A stretch of DNA of 39,956 bases from Thermoprotei archaeon (GCA_003649515.1 QMSC01000001.1:1-39956), one strand, 5' to 3'; positions 1 through 9,667 are shown, numbered from the stretch's first letter. Numbers and translations: made by a program. The notes: generated by a model from the sequence alone, not told the origin.

Positions 1-1
1 C

Positions 2-754
2 AATATTGCGAGACTTTTAGCCTCAGTGCCTGGCATGATTTACAGCACATCGGATAACGCAATATGGGTCCACCTATATGTGGCTAGTGTCGCTAGGATA
101 GAGCTTAAAGGCAACGAGGTAAGGATAACACAGGAGACAGAATATCCCTGGGACGGCAGAATAGATGTCACAGTAGAGCCAAGTAAGGATGATGAATTTT
201 CGCTATACCTTAGAATACCAGGATGGTGTAGGGCGGCTACTGTAAATGTGAATGGAAGGAAAGTACGTAAGTCAGTTAAGCCCAGCACTTACCTAGAGAT
301 CAGTAGAGTATGGGGGACTGGAGATAGGGTTGAAATTGAGTTAGATATGCCGGTTACACTACTGAAGTCTCATCCCTACGTCCTCAACAATAATTATAGA
401 GTCGCTATAAAGCGAGGACCTGTAGTCTACTGCCTTGAACAGGCCGATAACCCTGAGTATGATGTATGGAATATTGCCATAGTCCCTGAGACTAAATTCA
501 CCGCTACCTATGAACCGGAACTTTTAGGCGGAGTTGTCGTCATTGAAGGAAATGGCATAGGACTGGATATCAGTGCATGGAACAACAAGCTATACGCTGA
601 GATGGACGAAGTACAAGTGAAAGCAATACCAGTTAAGTTTAAAGCTGTACCATATTACGCGTGGGCTAATAGATCGCCGGGACCAATGATCGTATGGATC
701 CAAGCATTAGGATTTAACACTCTCCAAGGAGGAAAGAAGCTGTACAAGGCTTAG
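2..754 (+). CDS. C-terminal fragment of a glycoside hydrolase family 127 (DUF1680, beta-L-arabinofuranosidase-like) protein, truncated by the window edge
   Basis: The reading frame is open from nt 2 with no stop before the listed GTG at 26. Motifs LRIPGWC and GPVVYCLEQADNP are typical of the C-terminal beta-sandwich region of DUF1680/GH127 proteins. Confidence 0.6.
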   Translation, partial: NIARLLASVPGMIYSTSDNAIWVHLYVASVARIELKGNEVRITQETEYPWDGRIDVTVEPSKDDEFSLYLRIPGWCRAATVNVNGRKVRKSVKPSTYLEISRVWGTGDRVEIELDMPVTLLKSHPYVLNNNYRVAIKRGPVVYCLEQADNPEYDVWNIAIVPETKFTATYEPELLGGVVVIEGNGIGLDISAWNNKLYAEMDEVQVKAIPVKFKAVPYYAWANRSPGPMIVWIQALGFNTLQGGKKLYKA

Positions 755-972
755 TAGGAGTCCGCGCCTGAGCTTTCCTAGAACTTCATAAATTTAGCTT
801 TCTAAATAGGCTTATTTTCTGGACCTGCCCTTGATAAACCATTCTATTACATATTAGGATAGAACGCTCCCTTCGGCCTGCCCTTGCTGCCTCTTATGAG
901 CTACAACTTGGTTACTGCTAGCTAGGTTTATAATATCCTCGTCTAAGTGTCCCTAGGCTAACTACGCTGTAC

Positions 973-1773
973 CTATGCCTCCTCTAAGAGTACATCGTAT
1001 GCCTGCAACACCTCCTCAAAAGTCCCAAGTAGGAAAAGAATGTAGAGAATCGCCCCGATCAGTGAGAGGAGAAATAATGTCCAAGGCGCGTCTTTCAACC
1101 TCCCGCGCTTATGAAGCTCTATCGCGTTCACTAGGAAGATTGCTCCGTCAGTCACCATAATAGGCGGAAGAGGTATAGGCACTAGGTTAATGAAGGATAG
1201 CATTGAGTTGAAAGAAAGAAGCGCGTAGAGAACTAGAGGGGTTAAAAATTGAAGATCGCTTTCATTTACAAGCGCGCTTACAAGGAAGTCGTAAAAGCTT
1301 CCATACATTAGCTTTATTATCAACAGGGAGGCTAGTAAGAAAACACTTACTACACCATTAGCTGCTGGTCCAGCCAACGATATTTCAGCATCCTGCTTCA
1401 AGTACTCCGTTAACTTCTTCTGTTTTTCCTCCTCCTTCTCTTCCGCCTTACTGAAGACCACCTTGAATGGGTATTCTTCCTCCCACATAACATAAGCTGG
1501 CTGCATAAGTACTAAAGTCCCTTCACTTCTTAGTGCTGTAATGATCCCTAGAAGAATACCCGGAATAGACGGCATTATTCTGACCCCTCTCCTTCCTCTT
1601 CTCAAGGCAAAGTACTTATGGAAAATTTCGTGAAAGAATACACCTGTAAAAGCCGAGAGAAATGATACTATTAATATAAAGGGATCATGCACGTCCGGAT
1701 ACGATAATATGAGCACAGTGATAATCAAAAGAACAGTTATCTCTAGAGCCTCCGCCCTCCTAAGGAGCCTCAT
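973..1773 (-). CDS. Membrane zinc metalloprotease, site-2 protease (peptidase M50) family
   Basis: Multi-pass hydrophobic protein with HEIFH (HExxH) inside a TM segment. A downstream NLVPIPLPPIMVTDG resembles the M50 NxxPxxxxDG motif. Confidence 0.6.
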   Translation of the reverse strand: MRLLRRAEALEITVLLIITVLILSYPDVHDPFILIVSFLSAFTGVFFHEIFHKYFALRRGRRGVRIMPSIPGILLGIITALRSEGTLVLMQPAYVMWEEEYPFKVVFSKAEEKEEEKQKKLTEYLKQDAEISLAGPAANGVVSVFLLASLLIIKLMYGSFYDFLVSALVNESDLQFLTPLVLYALLSFNSMLSFINLVPIPLPPIMVTDGAIFLVNAIELHKRGRLKDAPWTLFLLSLIGAILYILFLLGTFEEVLQAYDVLLEEA

Positions 1774-1979
1774 GTTGCTCCACCGGCCTTTGCTCTATCT
1801 TATTAATGTGAAGACGTAGTGCTATAATGTCTTTTGTATGTTCGCTACGTTTCTCAAGACAAAGAATAACGTATAATAAACACCTAGTTGCTTAGATGAA
1901 CGTTGAGTGAAGATACTAGTAAAAAGCTTCAGTGCATCGATAAACTAAAAAACTATAGTGCTCTTATATCTTCTCAGTT

Positions 1980-2053
1980 GCGGCCGTAGTCTAGCCTGGT
2001 AGGATACCGGCCTCCCAAGCCGGTGATCCCGGGTTCGAATCCCGGCGGCCGCA
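1980..2053 (+). tRNA. tRNA-Gly (anticodon CCC), no intron, CCA not encoded
   Basis: Hand-folded cloverleaf. Acceptor GCGGCCG/CGGCCGC, anticodon arm CCGGC-CTCCCAA-GCCGG, T-arm CCGGG-TTCGAAT-CCCGG, discriminator A. 74 nt. Confidence 0.9.
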
Positions 2054-2109
2054 CTTTTTAAAAATTCCTTAAGGCAATAAGTTTATAAGTTATTTTAAGC
2101 CTATACCTT

Positions 2110-2493
2110 TTGCAACTACTTGTGGAGGTCTTGAACTTGCCGGAGGTAGAGGAGAAAATACAATGTCCTTGTGGAAGGACTATTAACGACGCCTCCGAGT
2201 ACAAGCTACTCTTTCTAAAGAAAGAAATGTATGAAATTGACCTTCTATGCCCTAACGACACATGCTTCCTGCGGGAACTAGGCTTCGTTAAGTTCAGAGT
2301 GGAAGATGATAACATAAAGATAGAAAAAGCAAGCTTTTACCCTCCATTCGTCACATGGAACGTTGCGAGGCTGGGAAAGGAAAAGGCTATGACCCTCCTA
2401 AAACAGCATCTCCGCGACATAGTTAATAAGCAAATTGATTGGAGCAAGATTAAGGAAAGCGTCAAGACAGCCGAGGAAGGTGCTGGATCCTAA
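2110..2493 (+). CDS. Hypothetical small Cys-containing protein (CPCG ... CPNDTC, possible zinc ribbon)
   Basis: 127-aa ORF with non-ATG start candidates (TTG 2110, GTG 2122). A TATA-like TTTATAAGTT lies about 25 nt upstream. I recognise no family. Confidence 0.4.
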   Translation: MQLLVEVLNLPEVEEKIQCPCGRTINDASEYKLLFLKKEMYEIDLLCPNDTCFLRELGFVKFRVEDDNIKIEKASFYPPFVTWNVARLGKEKAMTLLKQHLRDIVNKQIDWSKIKESVKTAEEGAGS

Positions 2494-2552
2494 TTAGCAC
2501 CAAATTCTTCTTTTCAGGGAATATTTCTGGATCCTGATTAGTAGTTCTTAGA

Positions 2553-2575
2553 GTATAAAGTAAAAGCTTATAAAC
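2553..2575 (+). promoter_or_regulatory. TATA-like elements (GTATAAAG, CTTATAAAC) upstream of the uL24-led block
   Basis: AT-rich boxes 37-59 nt upstream of the uL24 ATG at 2612. This is where a new promoter is needed because uL14 no longer precedes uL24. Confidence 0.4.
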
Positions 2576-2611
2576 ATGCATCGTAATGGGTGTTACGCGT
2601 AGGTAGATGGG

Positions 2612-2992
2612 ATGAGGAAAGGGGTATCGAGTCAGCCTAAGAAAGTCAGGAAAAGGTACTTCAATGCACCATTACATCAGAGACATAAGGATATGAACGC
2701 TCCTCTCTCGCCTGAGTTGCGAAGAGAGTATGGCATTAAGAGATTACCCGTGAGGAAAGGAGATACGGTTCTCATTATGCGGGGAAGCTTTAAGGGGCAC
2801 GAGGGAAAAGTTACTGGCGTAGATCTTAAGCGGAGAAGAATATCCGTGGAAGGCGTTACGAGAAACAAGGCTGACGGAACACCTGTGCCCATACCCATAC
2901 ATCCGTCAAAAGTCATGATAACTAGGCTCGATCTTTCAGATAAATACAGGCAGACCATTATTAATAGGAAGAGAAGGGTGGAGGTGGCTTAG
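2612..2992 (+). CDS. rpl24: 50S ribosomal protein uL24 (L24P)
   Basis: KOW-type motif [26 protein letters not shown], plus position immediately upstream of eS4. Confidence 0.93.
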   Translation: MRKGVSSQPKKVRKRYFNAPLHQRHKDMNAPLSPELRREYGIKRLPVRKGDTVLIMRGSFKGHEGKVTGVDLKRRRISVEGVTRNKADGTPVPIPIHPSKVMITRLDLSDKYRQTIINRKRRVEVA

Positions 2993-2993
2993 A

Positions 2994-3752
2994 TTGAGGA
3001 AAGTTAAGGGTAGTCTGAGACACCTGCGCCGAGAAGTAGCTCCTCCCTATTGGCCTATCCATAAGAAGGAGTTCGTATGGACCATTAAGCCTAGCCCGGG
3101 ACCTCATCCCCTTCATAGGTGCATTCCCCTAGCTATAATATTACGCGATATCCTAGGCTATGCTAAGACTCTACGTGAAGCCAGAAGGATCATAGGTCGC
3201 GGCGTTATTAAGGTCGATGGAAGAGTTAGAAGGGACTACAAGTATCCTGTAGGACTAATGGACGTGCTAGAAATCACGGAGACAGAAGAGTACTATAGGA
3301 TAGTATCGCATCCCTATAGAATACTTTATCCAGTGCCCATAGATCCCAGTGAAGCCAAATATAAATTGTGTAGAATTGAAGGGAAAACCGCCGTCAAGCA
3401 CGGACACATTCAACTGCACTTCCACGATGGAAGGAACCACATAATCCGCGTTAACAATCCAATGGAACCTGTAGAAGACGTATATAAAACCTTTGACTCT
3501 GTACTCATTAAAATACCCAAGCAGGAAATCATCGAACACATAAAGTTCGAAGAGGGCGTGTTAGGCCTCGTAATAGACGGCCGAAATGCAGGCAGGCTAG
3601 GCAAAGTACTCTCTATAACGCAAGTGTTTAGGAAGAGGGAGGCTATTGTTACATTAAAGGACGAGGAAGGAGAGGAGGAGTTTAGAACGATCCTAGAATA
3701 CGTTTTCCCTGTGGGTAGGGATAAGCCGTTAATTACAGTTAAGGCTTCTTAG
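2994..3752 (+). CDS. rps4e: 30S ribosomal protein eS4 (S4e)
   Basis: TTG start 2 nt after the uL24 stop. GPHPLHRCIPLAIILRD and KVDGRVRRDYKYPVGLMDV are characteristic S4e motifs. Confidence 0.93.
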   Translation: MRKVKGSLRHLRREVAPPYWPIHKKEFVWTIKPSPGPHPLHRCIPLAIILRDILGYAKTLREARRIIGRGVIKVDGRVRRDYKYPVGLMDVLEITETEEYYRIVSHPYRILYPVPIDPSEAKYKLCRIEGKTAVKHGHIQLHFHDGRNHIIRVNNPMEPVEDVYKTFDSVLIKIPKQEIIEHIKFEEGVLGLVIDGRNAGRLGKVLSITQVFRKREAIVTLKDEEGEEEFRTILEYVFPVGRDKPLITVKAS

Positions 3753-3765
3753 GGGGAGTTAGACC

Positions 3766-4311
3766 ATGTCTAAGCCTTGTCTCGTTAAAGATCACCCGAT
3801 GCGCAGACTTCAGCTTGCGAAAGTCATCGTTAATATGGCTGTCGGAGAGTCCGGAGAAAGGCTAGCTAATGCCGCCAAAGTTTTGGAACAGCTTACGGGC
3901 CAGAAGCCGCTGTTTAGACCAGCCAAGCGCACAATAAAGGAGTTCGGTATCAGGAAAGGCGAGAACATAGCTTGCATGGTTACTCTTCGCGGAGAAAAAG
4001 CATTAAACTTCTTAAAACGCGCTCTTGAGGCCGTGAACTTTACAATTAAAGAAGAGAGCATAGACGAGTACGGCAATGTGTCCTTCGGCATTAGAGAGCA
4101 CATACTACTGCCGGGAGTAAAATACGACCCCTCAGTAGGCATCTTCGGATTCGATGTAACGATAGTTCTTGAAAGACCGGGTTTCCGTGTAGCCCGTAGG
4201 AGGAGGAAAAGGAATAAAATTGGGAAAAAGCACAGAATCATACATAGGGAGGAAACAGTAGAATTCCTAGAAAAGGTTTTAGGTGTGAAAGTAGTTAGAA
4301 GGAGGGGATAA
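3766..4311 (+). CDS. rpl5: 50S ribosomal protein uL5 (L5P)
   Basis: [15 protein letters not shown] ... [17 protein letters not shown] is the typical uL5 N-terminal domain. Synteny supports the call. Confidence 0.93.
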   Translation: MSKPCLVKDHPMRRLQLAKVIVNMAVGESGERLANAAKVLEQLTGQKPLFRPAKRTIKEFGIRKGENIACMVTLRGEKALNFLKRALEAVNFTIKEESIDEYGNVSFGIREHILLPGVKYDPSVGIFGFDVTIVLERPGFRVARRRRKRNKIGKKHRIIHREETVEFLEKVLGVKVVRRRG

Positions 4312-4315
4312 TTGC

Positions 4316-4480
4316 ATGGGTAAGATAAAGCCACCAAAACAGAGGAGATATGGTAAAGGAGCCTATAGATGTAGACGATGCGGAACGCATGAGGCCTTAA
4401 TTAGAGCTCATGGCATTTACCTTTGCCGTAGATGCTTCCGCGAGGTAGCTCCTTTAATAGGTTTTAAGAAATACATGTAA
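4316..4480 (+). CDS. rps14: 30S ribosomal protein uS14, zinc-binding type Z (54 aa; absent from the ORF track because it is under 60 aa)
   Basis: Hand translation: [54 protein letters not shown]. It has two CxxC pairs and sits in the canonical slot between uL5 and uS8. Confidence 0.9.
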   Translation: MGKIKPPKQRRYGKGAYRCRRCGTHEALIRAHGIYLCRRCFREVAPLIGFKKYM

Positions 4481-4566
4481 CTTTGAAGTATTCTAGACAT
4501 TCATTCCTTTAAAGAGCGGAGCGGAAAATTTTAATTTGCTGAAATCCTATTGTGGCGGGATCTTGT

Positions 4567-4959
4567 ATGGTAATGATGGACACGCTTGCAAACGCTCTGG
4601 CAACGATAATGAACAATGAGATGAGAGGGCATAAAGAGTGCATAATTCACCCAGCCTCAAAGCTAATTGCGAATGTTCTTAGAGTAATGCAAAAGGAGGG
4701 CTACATAGGCGAGTTCGAGTACATAGATGACGGTAGGGGAGGGAAGTTCAGAGTACAGCTGCTGGGACGCATAAACAAATGCGGCGTGATAAAGCCTCGT
4801 TTCTCAACGAAGAAAAACGAGTATGAAAAGTGGGAGAGACAACATCTTCCCGCAAGAGATATAGGTATTCTCATAGTCTCGACACCCCAAGGTGTGATGA
4901 GTCATAAAGATGCAAAGAACAGGGGCTTGGGAGGAGTATTGTTAGCATACGTTTACTAG
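4567..4959 (+). CDS. rps8: 30S ribosomal protein uS8 (S8P)
   Basis: [21 protein letters not shown] is the typical uS8 N-terminus. The ORF track begins at GTG 4552; ATG 4567 fits homolog N-termini better. Confidence 0.9.
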   Translation: MVMMDTLANALATIMNNEMRGHKECIIHPASKLIANVLRVMQKEGYIGEFEYIDDGRGGKFRVQLLGRINKCGVIKPRFSTKKNEYEKWERQHLPARDIGILIVSTPQGVMSHKDAKNRGLGGVLLAYVY

Positions 4960-4972
4960 GAGGTGATCCGCT

Positions 4973-5392
4973 ATGTCAAATAAAGTTAAACCTAAACTTT
5001 CCCGCGAAATGAAGCGCATGCTTGAAGTTAGAGAGAGGATTAAGAGGAAGACGCCCTTCTTCACACGGATGAACGCGTGGTTCCTCAAGCGGTTAGATGA
5101 GGATGTATGGCGTTACCCGGGGGGCTTAGATAATAAGATTAGGCTGGAGCGTAAGGGCTTTCCAGCAAAGGTTAAGGTAGGATATAGAGGACCTAGGCTT
5201 ACTAGAGGACTTCACCCCTCAGGCTTCGAGGAAGTCATCGTTCACAATGTGAATGACCTTCTTAAAGTGAACAAAAACTATCAGGCAATTCGCATAGCCT
5301 CTACCGTTGGGAGACGGAAACGTTTAGAAATACTTAAAAAAGCTGAAGAGATGGGTATAAAAGTCCTTAACCCCTTATCGGAGGAGCTCTAG
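4973..5392 (+). CDS. rpl32e: 50S ribosomal protein eL32 (L32e)
   Basis: Motifs FTRMNAWFLKRL ... WRYPGGLDNKIR ... GYRGPRLTRGLHPSG. Preceded by AGGAGGTGATCC, a long match to the complement of the 16S rRNA 3' end. Confidence 0.9.
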   Translation: MSNKVKPKLSREMKRMLEVRERIKRKTPFFTRMNAWFLKRLDEDVWRYPGGLDNKIRLERKGFPAKVKVGYRGPRLTRGLHPSGFEEVIVHNVNDLLKVNKNYQAIRIASTVGRRKRLEILKKAEEMGIKVLNPLSEEL

Positions 5393-5393
5393 A

Positions 5394-5840
5394 ATGACGC
5401 AGGTGGACCACGTTAGAAGGCTTGCAGCGAAGATCTTAGGCGTTGGAGTTCACAGGGTTTGGATAGATCCTGAACAGCTTGAAAGGGTATCTACCGTAAT
5501 TTCAAGGGAGGAGGTTAGGAAGCTAATCAAGGAGGGAGTTATTAGGAAAAAGCCCATCAGGGGAATCTCGCGCTATAGAATAAAGGTAAGAAAAGCTAAG
5601 AAAAGGAAGGGTAGAAGGAGGGGGCCTGGAAGTAAAAAGGGACCGAGATACTATGAGAAGGAGCTATGGATGAGGAGGATACGTGCGTTAAGGAAGTTCC
5701 TCAAATATCTAAAGAGCAGAAAGATCATCGACAGAAGAACTTACAGATATCTGTACCGGCTCGCTAAAGGAGGCATGTTTAGAAGCGTATCTCACATGAA
5801 AAGCTATATAGAAGAACATAAACTAGCTAGGAGGATCTAA
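5394..5840 (+). CDS. rpl19e: 50S ribosomal protein eL19 (L19e)
   Basis: [25 protein letters not shown] followed by a highly basic C-terminal half. Synteny supports the call. Confidence 0.92.
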   Translation: MTQVDHVRRLAAKILGVGVHRVWIDPEQLERVSTVISREEVRKLIKEGVIRKKPIRGISRYRIKVRKAKKRKGRRRGPGSKKGPRYYEKELWMRRIRALRKFLKYLKSRKIIDRRTYRYLYRLAKGGMFRSVSHMKSYIEEHKLARRI

Positions 5841-5841
5841 G

Positions 5842-6435
5842 ATGGGGCGTAGGGGGAGGTTTAAGTTACCACTTAAAAGACGCAGAAAGGGATTAACTAA
5901 TTACTACAAGCGCAGGAAACTCATATTATCCGGCAAGCCGAGACTCGTCATAAGAAAGACAAATAGATACATCATAGCCCAGATCATTGAAGCTCTTCCA
6001 GGAGGAGACAAGGTCCTTGTTGCTGCACACTCATCCGAACTCATGAGTAAGTATGGATGGAAAGGAGATACAAATAATACTCCTGCGGCTTATCTAACCG
6101 GATACCTTGTTGGTTTAAAGGCCCTTAAAAATGGGGTGAAAGAAGCCGTAGCAGATATCGGTTTACATAGACCTATTCCTAGAAGCAGGATATTTGCGGT
6201 GTTAAAAGGTGCCGTTGACGCAGGACTTCATGTTCCACATGGAGATGGGATATTTCCTGACGATAGCAGGATAAGGGGTGAGCACATAGCCGAGTATGCT
6301 AAAAGAATTAAACAGGAAGATCCTGTCAAGTACGAAAAGTTGTTTAGCTGCTATATTAAGAGAGGGTTTACCCCCGAGAATCTACCTCAACACTTCGATG
6401 ATGTTCTAAGCAAAATAAGGGAAAGTTTTAGTTAG
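5842..6435 (+). CDS. rpl18: 50S ribosomal protein uL18 (L18P/L5e)
   Basis: [17 protein letters not shown] ... [14 protein letters not shown] motifs. Synteny supports the call. Confidence 0.92.
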   Translation: MGRRGRFKLPLKRRRKGLTNYYKRRKLILSGKPRLVIRKTNRYIIAQIIEALPGGDKVLVAAHSSELMSKYGWKGDTNNTPAAYLTGYLVGLKALKNGVKEAVADIGLHRPIPRSRIFAVLKGAVDAGLHVPHGDGIFPDDSRIRGEHIAEYAKRIKQEDPVKYEKLFSCYIKRGFTPENLPQHFDDVLSKIRESFS

Positions 6436-6908
6436 ATCATTCTCTTAAGCAGGTTATTAATATCACTGCCCCGATAGCCTAATTCACCCTGATTGCCGTA
6501 GTGCTTTTTAATGCTATATCTAAAGCCTCCTTTGGGAGGATGAAGTCTAAAGACTGGTTTAATGAAAGGCTCTTTTCTAAGATCTACGTGCCCCTCTAAA
6601 ATTGCATCAGCTAGTTCTTCAAAGCTCGAGAAACCGAGTTTCTTTAAGTGCTTCTCTCTTAACCTGTCCCCTCCAACAACTCTACCACGATACTTGAGCA
6701 GTAACGTCAGCGTATCCCTGTCTATTTCCCCCCACGTCACGTAATCCTTAACCTTATGTAGCATTCCTCGTATGCTTGGAGTGTCGTCGACAAGCACTAC
6801 GTTGAATTTTTTATGCAATCTTAGTAATTTAAGCGTGTACTCTACGTCTTCAGGGACTCCTACACAACCCCTTATTCTGATCACAGCTAGCTTCACGGAG
6901 CTCACCAC
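6432..6908 (-). CDS. rpl30: 50S ribosomal protein uL30 (L30P/L7e), encoded on the strand opposite to its neighbours
   Basis: [31 protein letters not shown] ... [10 protein letters not shown]. The GTG start overlaps the uS5 stop. Its stop codon (6432-6434) overlaps the uL18 stop codon (6433-6435) on the other strand. Confidence 0.92.
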   Translation of the reverse strand: MVSSVKLAVIRIRGCVGVPEDVEYTLKLLRLHKKFNVVLVDDTPSIRGMLHKVKDYVTWGEIDRDTLTLLLKYRGRVVGGDRLREKHLKKLGFSSFEELADAILEGHVDLRKEPFIKPVFRLHPPKGGFRYSIKKHYGNQGELGYRGSDINNLLKRMI

Positions 6909-7519
6909 TCCATTGGATGTTTGAACTTATAGGTGCTCTTCAATGCGTTATAGGTGGCCTTCGCAAAGTTCACTGGCGTTTGCGTGGATCCCCTCGTCCT
7001 AGTCCAGACATCCCTTATTCCAGCTAACCTTAGTACGGCCTTAGCAATATCTCCCGCTACCAGTCCAACGCCTTTAGGAGCCGGTAATAGCCATATCTCT
7101 ACGCTACCGCTCTTACCGAAGACCTTAAACGGTACGCTATGAGGTTCATTACACGAACACTCCCAGCTACCGCAACCTCTTCTCACAGGAACGATGTTTA
7201 GCTTAGCATCCGTTATAGCTTTTTCAATAGCCTGCCTAACTTGCTTAGCCTTACCTATGCCTACACCCACGTATCCGTCTTCATTTCCCACAACGACTAG
7301 TGCCTGGAACTGGCTTACTTCACCTGCATCAGTTTGCCTCTGCACTAAGTTTATGTTCAAGACCTCATGCTTTAAATCCGGTAATAGGACATCTATTATC
7401 TCAACTTCCATTACTGGTAAGTTTTGTTCGAATATCTGCTCTATGGACGTTATTGCTCCTTCCTTCACCATCCTACCTACTTCTGTTCGCGGAATCCACT
7501 CCTCGATACTAAAGGACAT
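6902..7519 (-). CDS. rps5: 30S ribosomal protein uS5 (S5P), encoded on the strand opposite to its neighbours
   Basis: VQRQTDAGEVSQFQALVVVGNEDGYVGVGIGKAKQVRQAIEKA and LLPAPKGVGLVAG motifs. The likely start is ATG 7519 (MSFSIEEWIPRTE), preceded by GGGAGGTGT. The 60 extra N-terminal codons in the ORF track are probably untranslated. Confidence 0.9.
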   Translation of the reverse strand: MSFSIEEWIPRTEVGRMVKEGAITSIEQIFEQNLPVMEVEIIDVLLPDLKHEVLNINLVQRQTDAGEVSQFQALVVVGNEDGYVGVGIGKAKQVRQAIEKAITDAKLNIVPVRRGCGSWECSCNEPHSVPFKVFGKSGSVEIWLLPAPKGVGLVAGDIAKAVLRLAGIRDVWTRTRGSTQTPVNFAKATYNALKSTYKFKHPMEW

Positions 7520-7663
7520 TACACCTCCCTCCCTACAACATCTCAGCACATATATTTGCTTTAATAAAAATCTTTTCTCTCCTCGGTAACACGGTAACCT
7601 ATATAAATAAGGGTTCTTGTAGAGTTCTTGGCTTAGTGTAGACTCCTCTCGAGGTGCAAAGAT
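7520..7663. promoter_or_regulatory. Divergent promoter region between inverted uS5 (minus strand) and uL15 (plus strand)
   Basis: CCTATATAAATAA (7598-7610) faces uL15, and GAGGTG lies 8 nt before the GTG at 7664. TTTAATAAAAAT (about 7559-7570) and AAATATATG on the minus strand face uS5. Confidence 0.5.
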
Positions 7664-8110
7664 GTGTCTGTTAGATCTAAGAAAAAGTCTAGGTGGCAAA
7701 GAGGCTCAAGAACCTGCGGATGGGGTAGAGTAGGACAGCATAGGAGAAGTGGCACGCGAGGAGGGCGAGGGCACGCGGGTTACCACAAACACATGTGGAC
7801 TTGGGTTGTAAAATACGCTCCATCATGGTTCGGTAAGCGAGGCTTTGTAAGACATCCTTCACTTGTTCCTGAAGCAAAGATAATTAATCTAAACGAAATA
7901 GATGAGCGGTTAGATGAATGGTTAAAAGCAGGTTACGCTAAAATAGTAGACGATAAAATCGAAGTAGACTTATTGAAGTTAGGATATAATAAAGTTTTAG
8001 GAGAAGGTAATATTAGTAGACCTGTAGTGATAAAGGCCTTAAGCTTCACTAAAAAGGCAATTCAAAAAATAACGCAGGCGGGGGGACAGGCAGTAAAGGT
8101 AGCAGAGTGA
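7664..8110 (+). CDS. rpl15: 50S ribosomal protein uL15 (L15P)
   Basis: GWGRVGQHRRSGTRGGRGHAGYHKHMW glycine/basic N-terminus, GTG start. Directly upstream of secY. Confidence 0.9.
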   Translation: MSVRSKKKSRWQRGSRTCGWGRVGQHRRSGTRGGRGHAGYHKHMWTWVVKYAPSWFGKRGFVRHPSLVPEAKIINLNEIDERLDEWLKAGYAKIVDDKIEVDLLKLGYNKVLGEGNISRPVVIKALSFTKKAIQKITQAGGQAVKVAE

Positions 8111-8111
8111 G

Positions 8112-9572
8112 GTGAAGAGAGTGGGACTTCTAGATGCAGTAGACCCCGTTCTCCGGGTTCTACCAGAGATTCCCAAGCCTCCCCGTAGACTACCCCTAAG
8201 CGAAAGATTAGCGTGGACCGGAATAGTCTTAGTGCTCTATTTGATAATGTCCCAAATACCTCTATACGGAATACCCTGGCAAGAACGCGGATTAGAGACA
8301 TTTCAGCTCATAAGGATCATAACAGCCTCTAAACGAGGAACACTCATGGAGCTGGGCATAGGCCCACTGGTTACTAGCGGACTTATATGGCAGCTACTCG
8401 TGGGAAGCAAGCTCATAAACTTGGACCTAACAACGCCTCGAGGAAGGGGGCTGTTCACAGGTCTACAAAAGTTATTCGCCATAATATTCACCTTCATAGA
8501 AGCTGCCGCGTTTATTCTCGGAGGCTACTACGGTCCTCTAGCGTTTGAGCAATCCTCCTTAGTTTTTACGCAACTATCCATAGCCACAATACTCGTGCTC
8601 CTGATGGACGAAATGCTACAAAAGGGTTGGGGGCTTGGAAGCGGTGTTAGCCTCTTCATAGCTGCTGGAGTATCCCAACAAATATTCTGGCAGCTCTTCT
8701 CTCCCATATCCGTCGGAGATGAACTCCCCTTAGGAGTCATTCCCGCATGTGTGGTGGCTCTAGGCGAAAGTATAACTAGCAACGACTGGAGCAAAATAAC
8801 TTACCTCCTAACACGACGCCCTGAGTACCCAAGCCTTCTAGGTTTTATCACGATGCTGGCATTCTTTGCACTCCTACTATACCTAGAGAACATGCAAATC
8901 GAGATCCCAATAGGTGTATCAAAATACGGCGGAATGAGAACTAAGATACCTTTGAAATTCCTCTATGTGTCCAACATACCAATAATCTTGGTGTCAGCCC
9001 TGCTTGCAAACCTCCACATATTTTCACGAATACTTTGGACACGATTCAGTACTGAGTCAGGCCACTGGTTATACCAATATTTCCTCAAATATATAGCGGA
9101 TTATAACGCTACTGGCGGTAGATTAGTTCCAGTTAAAGGAACCCTAACGTACTACCTTTCCCCACCTGGAGGTATAAACAGTCTCATAGAAGACCCTGTG
9201 CAAGTGCTCATCTATGCTGGCTTCGTTATACTGTTTTCAATACTTTTCTCGATAGCTTGGATAGAAACTTCAGGCATGGATCCCTGGAGCCAAGCCCAGC
9301 AACTCTCAGAAGCAGGTATGTATATTCCTGGGTTCCGTAAGGCTCCCAGAATACTGGCATCTGTGCTTTCCAAGTACATTCCAACACTAGCTGTTCTGAG
9401 CGGTCTCATAGTCGCTTTAATAGCCGTTATAAGCGATCTTGTGGGCGTCTTAGGGACTGGAATAGGGGTCTTGCTTCTTGTGGGAATACTTATACAGTAT
9501 CAAGCCATCATAGCTCAAGAAAGAGCTTTAGAAATGTATCCTATATTGAGAAGACTCGTTGGAACGCGGTAG
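8112..9572 (+). CDS. secY: Preprotein translocase subunit SecY
   Basis: 486 aa with about 10 TM segments. Motifs TLMELGIGPLVTSGLIWQLL and LLLVGILIQY. Canonical position after uL15. Confidence 0.95.
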   Translation: MKRVGLLDAVDPVLRVLPEIPKPPRRLPLSERLAWTGIVLVLYLIMSQIPLYGIPWQERGLETFQLIRIITASKRGTLMELGIGPLVTSGLIWQLLVGSKLINLDLTTPRGRGLFTGLQKLFAIIFTFIEAAAFILGGYYGPLAFEQSSLVFTQLSIATILVLLMDEMLQKGWGLGSGVSLFIAAGVSQQIFWQLFSPISVGDELPLGVIPACVVALGESITSNDWSKITYLLTRRPEYPSLLGFITMLAFFALLLYLENMQIEIPIGVSKYGGMRTKIPLKFLYVSNIPIILVSALLANLHIFSRILWTRFSTESGHWLYQYFLKYIADYNATGGRLVPVKGTLTYYLSPPGGINSLIEDPVQVLIYAGFVILFSILFSIAWIETSGMDPWSQAQQLSEAGMYIPGFRKAPRILASVLSKYIPTLAVLSGLIVALIAVISDLVGVLGTGIGVLLLVGILIQYQAIIAQERALEMYPILRRLVGTR

Positions 9573-9667
9573 CGTTATTTTTCAAAACTCTAAGACTACT
9601 ACATGGCAAAACTTATAAACTAATAAAACCTTCTAACTAAAAGACATTTCCAGCCTTAATTTTAAAT

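Noticed and set aside
824-886. 10-nt direct repeat CCTGCCCTTG at 824-833 and 877-886, in the convergent gap between the GH127 fragment and the M50 protease gene
   Set aside because: There are only two short copies with no further periodicity or flanking structure. This could be chance or terminator-related, and is too weak to call a repeat element.
3810-4337. 175-aa minus-strand ORF. Similar antisense ORFs occur at 40-288, 2677-2958, 3267-3604, 7194-7589, 8062-8794, 12350-12929, 15451-16857, 17423-17711, 22198-22503 and 35282-35668.
   Set aside because: All lie fully antisense to strongly identified conserved genes. They have low-complexity Ser/Leu/Pro-rich translations and no recognisable motifs, as expected for shadow ORFs.
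6902-7699. Long 265-aa version of uS5 with a 60-residue N-terminal extension
   Set aside because: The extension has no uS5 similarity and would run through the divergent promoter and into the uL15 start. An ATG at 7519 with a strong SD gives a normal-length uS5.
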